From: Octopus bimaculoides
Lineage: Eukaryota
Length of the DNA: 64,000 nt
Direction of reading: 5' to 3'
NCBI RefSeq assembly: GCF_001194135.2
Contig: NC_068994.1
Span: forward strand, 59,544,865-59,608,864
Shown piece by piece: positions 40,783-53,315 of this stretch. A program made the translations under genes and the position numbers. A model generated the notes under the pieces. It did no database searches. It worked only from the letters and a program-made list of their open reading frames with translations, and was not told where the DNA came from. The first letter of the stretch is position 1, and each line of letters starts with the position of its first letter.

Positions 40783-42476
40783 NNNNNNNNNNNNNNNNNN
40801 NNNNNNNNNNNGTGCGTGCGCGTGTGTGTGCGTGTGTGTGTGTGTGTGTGTGCATGTATGTATGTATGTATGTACGTATGCATGTATGTATGTATGTATG
40901 TATGTATGTATGTATGTATGTATGTATGTATGCATGCATGTATGTACCTGGCAAACTGTTAAGTGCAGGTGATAATTAACTCCAGATAAGCTCAGACTAA
41001 GAACTAGGAATCATTCACCTCAATGTAATTTTGTTCTCCTCATCTCTGACTCGCTTCAAACTCTAAATATCCGTCCTGAAAATCTAAAATGTCTTAAATC
41101 ACTGACCAATGTATCAATCACTTATTTCAACGGTCGAATTATTGAACCAGTTTAGACCTCGTTAGCGACATTGTGTGTTTCCTTAGTTCTGCAGATCTCT
41201 CCACGGCCATACAAATGACATAAACCATACAAGCTCCCTGGCCATGTGTCCTATTCAAACAACATAAAACCATGTCACCGTATAAACAACGCAGCCACAC
41301 AAACTATACTATTGTACAAGAACCGTACAAACTCTGAAAACGCCCATCGTACAACCAGCTCAGTTAGACGAAACAAAGATTCTTCACAACTGAAGAAAGG
41401 TAAATGAAATCATGGAAAAATGCTCCAAGTTCGCCATAATACTCCAAAGACACTAAACCAAACGTTCTCAATGGGGACCATTTGGAGCTCGATGGGGGAA
41501 TTTTGGAGCAAAGGAGCACTAGGGGGCGTTAAGAGGCTTGGGGGTGGTGGGGGGCACTGGAAGACCACCGTCTTTGGTAAGTTGAATTTGGAATTAACGA
41601 GTAGTAGCCATATTTCCACATCTCTGCGAAGTCAGTTAAAAAAAAAAAAGCATGCCTTTTTCTTTCAAATTTTCAAAGACTTAAAAACGCTTTTTCCACC
41701 AAACAAATTCCGGGTACCATGTGTAACTGGTGTCGCTAAAGTGAAAGCCCCAAAGCAAAAACTAAAATCAGATGAATAGTGACAGACGATTAAAAGAAAA
41801 AAAGGTAATGAATAAAAGCGAAAAGCTGAATGTGTGTGTCTTTGTGTGCAAATATACAATGGTGGTCAGAATTCTGGATCAAACTCGCTTTTGAAAGTGG
41901 CTGATAAGTATGTATTTGTGTATGTGTGCGTATGCATGGGTATGTTTGTATGTATATGATTGCGTGTGTTGCCGTTTTGAATTCCTTTCTGCGATTGAAC
42001 TTAAATTGACCCCTGGCTATACCTCCACCCCCTAGATCCTGAATAAGAAATGAATGTTTAATATGACAAATTTTCAGATTTTTTTAACATCATTTTAAAA
42101 GGGGGCTGATTTTGTGACTCAGACTCACTAGATCCGTGTACAGTGAATACCATTCTCCACAATTTGCTACTCATCTGAAGTACATATGTATTTCAACAAT
42201 TTCTATGAAATGCATCCTCTTTTTTGAACATAAAAAACTCTCTTCCCGAGTGACAATAACTTATAGGTCAGATTGTTGCACAATTTCTAGTCGTTTTGAT
42301 AAGGGAAATCGGAAAGGTTTGAAATGATTTCACTGGCATTTACTTGTACCAAAGAGCACTCTTTCGATAGACAACACGTTGATCTCATGAGTGTCGCGTG
42401 GTGGAAATAAACGCAATTACCAGACTTTCAATTCCTTATATCGTTTTTTTTTTCTTTTGCATTTCAATTTGTACAC

Positions 42477-42541
42477 CTGTACTTCCGACTGCGTACATCC
42501 GCACTCCCAACTGCGTACATCTGTACTCCCGACTGTGTACA
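42477..42541. repeat. ~22-bp tandem repeat x3
   Basis: ctgtacttccgactgcgtaca-like units. Confidence 0.8.
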
Positions 42542-43168
42542 AGTGCATATGGAAAACGACGTCCTTTATTTTTTAATCATTATCTGCTGATATCAAAATA
42601 AGTAGTATATTGAAAAATAAAAATATTTTCTAGGAAAGCCATTTGTGACTCCAAGGGTCAAAAGGGACCTTTGGCCAAAATAGGTTGAGAACCTTTGCAC
42701 CAAACCAATGACGACACTAAATTGTTGGCATGATCTTTTAAAGTGTAACATCAAAACGAATATCTCATATATCAGTAATGTGTTATAATTAATAGAATTT
42801 TGCATAAGAAAACTAATCAATTTTTTAAAAAGAATTTTAATGTCTTTTGAAGGGCGATAATAAAATAGCCACCTGGTGTCTGTAATATCAATCAATCGAT
42901 AAAATATGTAGAGAGGACGACCGGTCACCGATATCCCTTTCTTCTTCCCTCCCTCTTTATCAGTCTTGTAGATCCTGTCATCGTCTTCATAATTTCCATT
43001 CTACTTCTAATTAAATCATTTCATTTAATAAATAAATACAAACTCTCATTTTGTTTTTTTGTTTTTTTGTGGAGATTTTAATCTCAATCCACGAATCTTC
43101 AGGACTCTTTGCCCTCCAGAGGCCGGGCACTTAGATTACTTAAAGGAAAGTTAGAATGCTGGATAACA

Positions 43169-43232
43169 AGATTGCCGGATTATTAGATTGCCGGATAACT
43201 AGATTGCCGGATTATTAGATTGCCGGATAACT
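43169..43232. repeat. 16-bp tandem repeat x4 with A/B alternation
   Basis: agattgccggattatt / agattgccggataact alternate, giving a 32-bp higher-order unit x2. Confidence 0.95.
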
Positions 43233-43386
43233 GACATGTAAATGATATAACACTAAGTACCGCCATCCAGTCAATCTGGCGCTCTTCTGTCTCGGCTAAC
43301 TCCATCTAACATTTCGCTATCGTCTCGAATATACCTCAATGTACATATACGATAGCTTGTACTGCTACTACTACTGCTGCAGTTAA

Positions 43387-43427
<41 letters not shown>

Positions 43428-44379
43428 ACGACAACGACGATGACGACGACGAGGATGATGATGATGACAACGTTGATGACAACAATGCTACCGGTGATGA
43501 TAGAGCTGACGATGTTGCTGTTGTTGTTGACGGTGGTGGTGGTTGTGNNNNNNNNNNNNNNNNNNNNNNNNNNNNNNNNNNNNNNNNNNNNNNNNNNNNN
43601 NNNNNNNNNNNNNNNNNNNNNNNNNNNNNNNNNNNNNNNNNNNNNNNNNNNNNNNNNNNNNNNNNNNNNNNNNNNNNNNNNNNNNNNNNNNNNNNNNNNN
43701 NNNNNNNNNNNNNNNNNNNNNNNNNNNNNNNNNNNNNNNNNNNNNNNNNNNNNNNNNNNNNNNNNNNNNNNNNNNNNNNNNNNNNNNNNNNNNNNNNNNN
43801 NNNNNNNNNNNNGGTGGTTCGTTTAATCTTCCCAGTCATTCTAAACACTCGGATGTAAAGCAATTTAAACAATTCAAAATACATCCATGGTTCCCATTTC
43901 AGCCGACCAGATGGAAGTTCATTTATTCCGAAAAACAAGTCAGTTTGCTACTCGTTAGTGCATGCGCGCCGCAATCGATAGAAAAACTTGGGTGAGCACT
44001 GTGTATGTGTGTCTGTGTGTGCGTACACATATGTATGTGTGAGCTACTATAAGTTTCGTACTCCGATAGTACAGTAACTGGTCGAGCTTGCACGCCGTGC
44101 TGTGGTGTTATCCTGCAGTCTTTCCAGCCCAGAATATGGCTGCTCTCTCAGGGAAAGCAAGAAAGAGCCACAAAGAATTACTGAGGAAAATGAAGAAAAA
44201 TGAGAAAAGGAAAGCTTGAAAGGAAGAGAGATAAGAGTTGTCTCCCTTTCGCCCTTTGGAGTGAGTAATAACAATTGTCGATGTGGTTAATTCAACGAGA
44301 AAGAGCTTAAAGTTTGTTAGACTGTCTGCCTAGTGTGGAGAGCTGGTGTTCTCCAGTTTGATAGTAGAGTTTGATAGTC

Positions 44380-45110
44380 GAGATGCTTGATTTTGCGTAG
44401 ATCTATAGAATTATTAGATGTAAGATGTCTGAGTTTTTCGGTTCTACAAAGTCTGCACCTCCTTCACATATCAACACTTGCTGTGGCTCGTTCTACAATG
44501 TTCTACTTGATGGTGTGTATGGTGTTATTGGCCTTCATCTCCTAACTAACTTAGTGATTTTCTTCTTGTGAACGTACCGGAAAGATAACTGGTAGTTAGT
44601 ATATCTCTTTTTAAAGATCTTATCATACAGTACAATATATTGCTTGTCTGGTTCGTCATTTGGTAGACCTGAGGTGACTTTTGCTTCGCATGCCATGAGG
44701 TAACTATGCAGACCTGACTGAGGGGGCAAGTGCCTGGGTCTCTGTAGTTACATTTTGGGATAGGCACCCAGTGTGACTTACATAAAACAATGCTTTCCAT
44801 TTTGGGGCGGCAGCAACTATAAGAAACTTTCACGGAACGTCTTTAAAAAATTTTCTTATACCTGTGCCTATCCGGGAAACGCTTATCTTTCAAGGCAAGG
44901 GATTTTCCGCCTACATTCCTCGTAACTCAGGAGAAAGCGAACCATATAATCTTTGGAGGTCTATTTTTAGGATTCGTTCTTTTTATGGTCGGAGTAAGGG
45001 GCTGCATATATCGAATATTTGCTCAAATGAGAAGAAATTAGATATTCAGTCACTGATATTAGCTATATGATTTTTACAGACGATGGAGGGCGTGACAAAA
45101 GTTTTTCATT
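44380..45110 (-). mobile_element. Penelope-like (Neptune-type) thumb/linker + GIY-YIG fragment
   Basis: PKIIWF...VKVSYSC...KCNYRDPGTCPL...YIVLYDKIFKKRYTNYQLSFR...EMKANN..TIK*NIVERA...RRCRLCRTEK. Confidence 0.75.
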
Positions 45111-46069
45111 AATTTTCTGATTCATTGACTGGTATTTCTTGGAAATAGTGGTGGTGGGTGTGGAGGAGGAAGAGGAGGAGTGTCTGATGTCGGGAGCTGA
45201 TTCGAATGTACTAAAAGCTTTAAGTTAGAATCTTGTTAGTGGCACAGAGCCAAGGTGTTTGGAAGCTGACACTGAGTGGGTCTTTCCCCCGACAATATTC
45301 TGTGCCACTGAACAGATATATTTGCACTAAATGACAAGATTTCCTATCCTAATTTGAAATGTTCAAAATCTACATCAAGAAACGACGACCAATCATGTGA
45401 TGTTAGTTAAATATTAACGACAAAACATCTGACAACTTCGTAATAGATTTTTATTGTTCACTCGAAAGCAGGCAGAGAAACAGAAAACTTTTATAAAAGA
45501 TTTACGCATGGAGAAAGAGACAAAAAAATTTTAAGCAACGTTTAACAGAGAATTGGATAAACGGCGAAATCTTCAACAAATTTAGCATCAATCTGAACAC
45601 TTGAAAATAATATTAAAAGTTGGGAAGATAGTTTTTCCTTAAAGCGGCCAGTATATGACTTATTGCTCTGTATAAGTCGAGCTTCGAAGAAGAAAAATGT
45701 CGTCTTCCAAGAGGTACCCGTTAAATTACCGTAGATATTGGATTGACATCATTTTACAGTTAAGAAAGCCTTAAGTAGTTGTCGAAAATGACGACTGTAA
45801 CATCACAAATACATTAATGAAATAAAACATGTTGGAAACAACATAGTCAGCATCTCTAAATTGTTAAATAATTCTGCGGTATTTTTACGGAAAAAAAGGT
45901 TTGTTGATTCTTATTTTGTACGAAGAAAAGACTTTCTAGGATGCAACACGTGGAACATTTAAAATTCGAACCGCAGGAAAAGAAAATTAAAAAAATAATC
46001 AGTAAAGAAATTTCAAAACATCAAGAAATATCCAGAAGAGGAATTGTAACATTTCCCAATTCGCAATAG

Positions 46070-46118
<49 letters not shown>

Positions 46119-47480
46119 AAGCCCTTAATTCTAAATCCTAACCCCAAATCCTAAGCAAAACCACAAACTATAACCCTAAACCTAGGCCACAACCCTCAAC
46201 CGTAACTGAAACCGTGACACCAATGTTTTTCGACAGAAAGTGTATTTTTGATGAAAAATCTCTTCGATAAAACATCGGGCAACAATTTTCTGCACATAAA
46301 ACGAGATTGTTAAAGCATTAAGTGGATAATTCGGTTTAGTTAAACCGAGACATACATCCCCGTCCCCTTATAATAACAGATGGTCAACTGCGGAATTTCT
46401 CTTCATAAACCTAATATCACATTTAACTCGACTCTGAACCCCCACATCGTCATTGTTCTCCTCTTTTCCTTCTCCTTCCACTCCTCTTCGTACAACTCCC
46501 ACCTCTTTGTTTTCTGCTTTCTCCTCCTCCTTCTTCTCCTTCCCTTCCTCCTCCCCTTTCTCTTTCCTTCTCTTCCTTTCCCTCTTTTCCACTCTTATCT
46601 CTCCCACACACACACACTCTCTCACACACACACTCTCTCTCTCCACACACACCCACCCTCGCACACACCCTCGCACACATGTTTCCAAGAAACAAACCGG
46701 ATCTCACAAATGTTACATAATTTCAGTTGTATATCTCTTTTCAACAGTTAAAAATACAACGTTCATCATCTCANNNNNNNNNNNNNNNNNNNNNNNNNNN
46801 NNNNNNNNNNNNNNNNNNNNNNNNNNNNNNNNNNNNNNNNNNNNNNNNNNNNNNNNNNNNNNNNNNNNNNNNNNNNNNNNNNNNNNNNNNNNNNNNNNNN
46901 NNNNNNNNNNNNNNNNNNNNNNNNNNNNNNNNNNNNNNNNNNNNNNNNNNNNNNNNNNNNNNNNNNNNNNNNNNNNNNNNNNNNNNNNNNNNNNNNNNNN
47001 NNNNNNNNNNNNNNNNNNNNNNNNNNNNNNNNNNNNNNNNNNNNNNNNNNNNNNNNNNNNNNNNNNNNNNNNNNNNNNNNNNNNNNNNNNNNNNNNNNNN
47101 NNNNNNNNNNNNNNNNNNNNNNNNNNNNNNNNNNNNNNNNNNNNNNNNNNNNNNNNNNNNNNNNNNNNNNNNNNNNNNNNNNNNNNNNNNNNNNNNNNNN
47201 NNNNNNNNNNNNNNNNNNNNNNNNNNNNNNNNNNNNNNNNNNNNNNNNNNNNNNNNNNNNNNNNNNNNNNNNNNNNNNNNNNNNNNNNNNNNNNNNNNNN
47301 NNNNNNNNNNNNNNNNNNNNNNNNNNNNNNNNNNNNNNNNNNNNNNNNNNNNNNNNNNNNNNNNNNNNNNNNNNNNNNNNNNNNNNNNNNNNNNNNNNNN
47401 NNNNNNNNNNNNNNNNNNNNNNNNNCACACACACATATTCTCTCTGTGTTTATTTTCTCTTCCTGTTTATTTCTGTGTTC

Positions 47481-47516
47481 CTTTCTGTGGAAGATCGTAG
47501 GCTCGAAACGTAAAAG
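47481..47516 (+). ncRNA. Minimal hammerhead-like motif (copy 1 of the same repeat)
   Basis: CTTT-CTGTGGA-A-GATC(gtag)GCTC-GAAAC-GTA-AAAG; the following ~90 bp is homologous to the sequence after 62625. Confidence 0.4.
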
Positions 47517-47778
47517 ACTTTCTCACTTCCCGAGCGTTAAACTAATACATCTGTTTGTTGTTTACACACCCGTCTTCGTCTTTTGTTTTTTTGTAAATTC
47601 CAATATATATATATTTGACGGGCTTCTTTCAGTTTCCGTCTACCAAATTCCATCACAAGGCCTTAGTCGGCCCGAGGCTATAGTAGAAGACACTTGCCCA
47701 AGATGCCATGCAGTGGGACTGAACCCGGAACCATGTGGTTGGTAAGCAAGCTACTTACCACACAACCATTCCTGCATC

Positions 47779-48051
47779 CGAAATGTACAATATTATATAT
47801 CCATCACGGCTGATTTTACCAATCGGTTTCGCGCTAGCAATACAATGGAGTGTTAGGTATCAATCCGATTATATAACCTTGCGCTCATCAGAGTTAGCCG
47901 ATATGGAAGTGCCACATTCCCTTCTATATCGGTTAACTCTGATGAACGTAAGTTTATATAATCAGATTGTTCCGTAACACTCAATTGTATTCCTAGTGCG
48001 AAACCGATTGGTAAAATCAACCGTGATGGATATATAATGCTGTACATTTCG
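47779..48051. repeat. 273-bp fold-back palindrome (MITE-like)
   Basis: Arms 47779-47909 and 47921-48051 (131 bp each, ~15 mismatches by manual count, no indels) around an 11-nt loop. Confidence 0.95.
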
Positions 48052-48117
48052 AAGAATATACCCACTCTATTTACAGTGCATCTTTTCTCTGACTTACTGT
48101 CTCTTAGACGACTCACG

Positions 48118-48177
<60 letters not shown>

Positions 48178-48181
<4 letters not shown>

Positions 48182-49100
48182 CATTGTTGAATCTCCGTCC
48201 CTGCAGAAAATGAGTCATAGCTCGGGAAAGGCAGTAATCTGATGGTGCAAGGTCTGGACTGTGGGTTGGGTGAAGCAGCCCTTCCAGCCCCTCAAACCCT
48301 CAAGTTTGTCACTTTGTCACTTTGGCAGATTGTGCTGGGGCATTGTCATGCTGTAGGAGTGCGCATCTTCGATTGACCAATATATCATGCAGCGGGCTTT
48401 CAAAGTATCAAAATATACTCGCTGCAGTTGTTGAGCATAAAGGTTATCGTTCATAGCATGACCACCAAGAACAAGCTCAAAGTGCACCCCCCACCCCCGT
48501 CGAAATTTCACCAAACACAACATGACCTTCTGCTCAAACTGCTCTTGTTTGAAAACAGGTTCTGAAGCCTGGCAGGAACGAAGCCACTGATTTCTCTTAT
48601 TAGCATTATGACAATAGATTCGTTCTTCATCCCCAATTACAATACGATGACAAAAACGGACATCTCAAGGATTTGCCTGAGGTTGCTGGCAAATGTTCAT
48701 ACGTCGCTGAATCTGGTCATTGGTCAATTCATGAGGAACGTCTCGACAGCATCTGTTCACAAGACCGAGCTTATGGAGGTGTCGACTGACGGTGCTTTGT
48801 GAAGAACCAAGTCCTGCCAGCAATGCACGAGTTACTTGTGCTTGGCTATTGTTCAGCCATTTCAAGTAAGGTCTCATCTTCCACCACAGAAGGTCTCCTT
48901 GACTTGGGTTTCTCTTCGAGGCTGGTGTCACCTTCTTTGAAACATCTGAACCAATTTTGAACCACGCGTTCGCTAATAGTTCCAGGGCCTTCCACATCAT
49001 TAATTTTTTTTTGCTGCTGCCCTTGCATTCGGTCTTCTCTTTCCACGAGTAGAGCAAAATGGTTCCGATAGCAATTTCTTCACCACTCATTATCAAAGCT
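48178..49100 (-). mobile_element. mariner (DD34D-type) transposase pseudogene
   Basis: MSGEEIA..TILLYSW...INDVEGPGTISERVVQNWF..FKEGDTSLE.KP.S.RP...VPHELT...LLQHDNAPA...HPTHSPDLAPSDY...HFLQGRRF; truncated at a (TA)n run. Confidence 0.9.
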
Positions 49101-50057
49101 GTAAAATAAAGAGTAAATAATTTGTGTTTGTGTGTTAATTGTGAAAATAACGAATAAACAATTCAGTAACAATTAGACAACAAATTGTATCAAATTAGTA
49201 ACATAATATGGTGATACAAGTTGCCAAAATTCTGAGAGAAAAAAAACCTTTGATTCAGCCGATAGCTCTCTACCCACCCCATTTACTTCGGTCTGTCTGT
49301 CTGTCTGTCCGTCTATTTATCGACCTACCTACCTACCTACCTACCTACCTACCTACCCACCTACCTCGTTATTTGTCCGCCTTCCCCACCACCTCTCGTT
49401 GGTTCTTCTTCTATATACTGACCACCACTCCTCACTATTATTTAATGACCTTCATTCCACACTTCTTTTTCAACTCCAACGAAGTCTATACTTCACCGAG
49501 GTTTCATAAGGCCGAAAGTTGTCGGAAGTTTTCTCCCTTACTCGCCGAAATAATTTAAATGTTTATTAGTCATTGAGCTAATATACTTTCCTCGTCGCAT
49601 TGCTAATTAATTAGTTGCTGCTCATAGAATTAATTATGTGAAACACTAGCTTATCTCAGCTCTATATATCTGCCTCGCTCAACAACACACCACACGCACA
49701 CGCTCACCCGTAGACATACATATATATACACAAACACACCCATACATAAACATACACGTAACACCCATATGCAGAGCCCTCCCCCACTTGTATAGACTGA
49801 AGGGGGGAAAGCTTTACGTGCTCATAGAACCTGCTAGAAATAGTAGCTGAATTGCCAAATCTTTCAAAAGAATGGAAGGACACATTAGATCGTGTGTTGT
49901 TACATTATCGTTATAAAAGATTTGTAGACAGTCAAATGTTATTGATGCTGCTGCTGCTGTTGTTGTTGTTGTTGTCCCAACAGCAACAACAGCAACAAGA
50001 ATGACAACTCAGAGGGAAGGAAAGCAAAAAAAAGAAAACGAGAAAGTTTGTTTAGAT

Positions 50058-50088
<31 letters not shown>

Positions 50089-50206
50089 TGGGGGGGGAAG
50101 ACACAGAGAGGGAGAGAGGTGAAGAGTGGAAGAAAGAGACGGAGAAAGAAACAAGAGCAGCAGAGTCACAAAGGTGTGTGACACATATAGATATCTGTCT
50201 GTTTGC

Positions 50207-50277
<71 letters not shown>

Positions 50278-50440
50278 NNNNNNNNNNNNNNNNNNNNNNN
50301 NNNNNNNNNNNNNNNNNNNNNNNNNNNNNNNNNNNNNNNNNNNNNNNNNNNNNNNNNNNNNNNNNNNNNNNNNNNNNNNNNNNNNNNNNNNNNNNNNNNN
50401 NNNNNNNNNNNNNNNNNNNNNNNNTCGTGTGTTGAAACAG

Positions 50441-50642
50441 ATGTTGTTGTACTTGGGGATGGTCATATTGCCAGTTTAGCCAATAAAAACACGCACTGTA
50501 TATTTGGTGTTAATTTGCTTCAGCTTTATATTACATTAATCTTAATGTAATATAAAGCTGAAGCAAATTAACACCAAATATACAGTGCGTGTGTTTTTAT
50601 TGGCTAAACTGGCAATATGACCATCCCCAAGTACAACAACAT
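50441..50642. repeat. 202-bp near-perfect palindrome (fold-back element)
   Basis: Arms 50441-50539 and 50542-50642 are identical apart from a 2-bp (CA) indel; 2-nt spacer. A diverged one-armed relative lies at ~54392-54455. Confidence 0.95.
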
Positions 50643-50780
50643 ATATATATATGTGTATGTATGTATGTATGTCTGTATATCCATGACAAAAACAATTTTA
50701 CATTCAACTGAAAAATTACTCAAAACTTTATCCTTTTACAAGAAAAGCAGTGACAACGACTTCGAAGTTTCGGCTCGTGG

Positions 50781-50825
50781 GACAATCCGGCGAAGGCTGT
50801 GGGCCGAAACTTCAAAGTCACTGTC
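50781..50825 (+). ncRNA. Degenerate type-I hammerhead-like motif
   Basis: GACAAT-CCGGCGA-A-GGC(tgtgg)GCC-GAA-ACT(tcaa)AGT-C-ACTGTC: three stems and a GUC triplet; two core transitions relative to CUGANGA. Confidence 0.4.
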
Positions 50826-51939
50826 AACACTAATCTTATTGAAGAATTGTATAGACAAATAGACAAATACTTATTCTATCGATCTTTTTTGCCGAACTGC
50901 TAAGTTACGGGGACATAAACACACCAACATCGGTTGTCAAACGATGGTGGTGGGGGGAACACAGACACAATGACGTATATATCATCCCGATATAAGCCAA
51001 AAAGCAAGATCTGGAGGATGCACAATGTGACAGCATAGCTTCGATGCAACTCTGATGAAATGCCTCTCTAATGTCTCAAACCGCAAACGTTACTGAAATA
51101 TTCACTTCGAATTTTTACGTAAACTGGCAAAAACAATTGGTACAGAAACAGTTGTAAAGAATCATTGAAGATGTGATAAAGAATGTTCTTTGGCTTCTTA
51201 TTTGGATATATATTAGATTTATGTGGTTGTTTTGAAAGATTCCTGATATGAAATCGTGTGTTTAAACAGATATTGTAAAATATCGGGATGATCGAATAAA
51301 AAAAAGAAGAAACAGCATCCTGGTATGTATGTATGTATGTATGTATGTATGTATGTATGTATGTATGTATGTATGTGCATGTATGTATGTATGTATGTAT
51401 GTATGTATGTATGTATGTATGTATGTGCATGTATGGTATAAGATCCACGGATTTAAGCGTATGAAGTTTTAAGCTTTGAGCGGTCTGTGGTAGGTATAAA
51501 AAACAACGGTCAGAAATCACAATTATAATGGAGAGGGTTGCAAAAACCCTTACATGTCTAGAAATAGCAGTCAAAATCGCTATAAAGCCCCACCCCCACC
51601 CCAAACCACTTATAGATAGATGGATAGAGAGATAGAGAAATAGATAGACTGACTGATATATATATACAGACGTGCATATATATTCATGCATATAGTTATA
51701 TTGTTCGCCTCGTATATTGTGTATATTGTGTGTATGTATGTATGTATGTATGTATATATATGTGCTTGCGTGTGTATGTGAATACTCATACATGTGCGCA
51801 CATGTATAATCGCGCGCTTACGCGTGTACATATATCATTATCATCATCAACGTTTAACATCCGTCTTCCATGCTGTCATGGGTTGGACGGTTTTACAGGA
51901 GCTGGCAAGGCCAGAAAGTGCAACAGGTTCCAACGTATA

Positions 51940-51976
<37 letters not shown>

Positions 51977-52892
51977 NNNNNNNNNNNNNNNNNNNNNNNN
52001 NNNNNNNNNNNNNNNNNNNNNNNNNNNNNNNNNNNNNNNNNNNNNNNNNNNNNNNNNNNNNNNNNNNNNNNNNNNNNNNNNNNNNNNNNNNNNNNNNNNN
52101 NNNNNNNNNNNNNNNNNNNNNNNNNNNNNNNNNNNNNNNNNNNNNNNNNNNNNNNNNNNNNNNNNNNNNNNNNNNNNNNNNNNNNNNNNNNNNNNNNNNN
52201 NNNNNNNNNNNNNNNNNNNNNNNNNNNNNNNNNNNNNNNNNNNNNNNNNNNNNNNNNNNNNNNNNNNNNNNNNNNNNNNNNNNNNNNNNNNNNNNNNNNN
52301 NNNNNNNNNNNNNNNNNNNNNNNNNNNNNNNNNNNNNNNNNNNNNNNNNNNNNNNNNNNNNNNNNNNNNNNNNNNNNNNNNNNNNNNNNNNNNNNNNNNN
52401 NNNNNNNNNNNNNNNNNNNNNNNNNNNNNNNNNNNNNNNNNNNNNNNNNNNNNNNNNNNNNNNNNNNNNNNNNNNNNNNNNNNNNNNNNNNNNNNNNNNN
52501 NNNNNNNNNNNNNNNNNNNNNNNNNNNNNNNNNNNNNNNNNNNNNNNNNNNNNNNNNNNNNNNNNNNNNNNNNNNNNNNNNNNNNNNNNNNNNNNNNNNN
52601 NNNNNNNNNNNNNNNNNNNNNNNNNNNNNNNNNNNNNNNNNNNNNNNNNNNNNNNNNNNNNNNNNNNNNNNNNNNNNNNNNNNNNNNNNNNNNNNNNNNN
52701 NNNNNNNNNNNNNNNNNNNNNNNNNNNNNNNNNNNNNNNNNNNNNNNNNNNNNNNNNNNNNNNNNNNNNNNNNNNNNNNNNNNNNNNNNNNNNNNNNNNN
52801 NNNNNNNNNNNNNNNNNNNNNNNNNNNNNNNNNNNNNNNNNNNNNNNNNNNNNNNNNNNNNNNNNNNNNNNNNNNNNNNNNNNNNNNNNNNN

Positions 52893-52944
<52 letters not shown>

Positions 52945-53156
52945 CAGACAGATATATAAAAAAAAAATGAAGAAAAAAGCATAAAAGGGTTAAAGAGAGG
53001 GTGGGGGAGCGTGAAATATCAGTAGGCAAAAACCTAATGAAAAAATATATATATACAAAGAGAATGAATTTAACATTCTAATCGAGAATATTATGTAAGA
53101 CATATAACACACACACACACACACACACATACAGATATATATGCATACATCGTGGC

Positions 53157-53166
53157 TATATAAAAG
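53157..53166 (+). promoter_or_regulatory. Candidate TATA box of arginase
   Basis: TATATAAAAG in a non-microsatellite context (cgtggc-TATATAAAAG-tgtg), ~105 nt upstream of the ATG. Confidence 0.5.
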
Positions 53167-53270
53167 TGTGTGCTTAGATGCCGTTTCGCTAGACAGATTC
53201 GAACGAGAAGACCAAACGTTAAAGTTTCCCACTACCGACTTCAGACAGAATTGAAACTTCGACAGCTGCA

Positions 53271-53315
53271 ATGAAGCCCTTATCTGTAATTGGTTCGCCT
53301 ATAAACATTGGACAG
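53271..53315 (+). CDS. arg: Arginase, coding exon 1
   Basis: gcaATG AAG CCC TTA TCT GTA ATT GGT TCG CCT ATA AAC ATT GGA CAG|gtagct = MKPLSVIGSPINIGQ, matching the arginase N-terminus (human ARG1 IGIIGAPFSKGQ) with a phase-0 intron after the conserved GQ. In-frame stop upstream at 53220. Confidence 0.88.

Noticed and set aside
43960-44275. Plus-strand donor-like sites (TGG|gtgagc, GGA|gtgagt) with short ATG-led frames
   Set aside because: No recognisable peptide and no demonstrable partner exon.
46128-46210. Degenerate (TAACCC)-like tract (also ~59860-59920) as interstitial telomere or Helitron-type element
   Set aside because: Too degenerate, and no diagnostic termini were identified.
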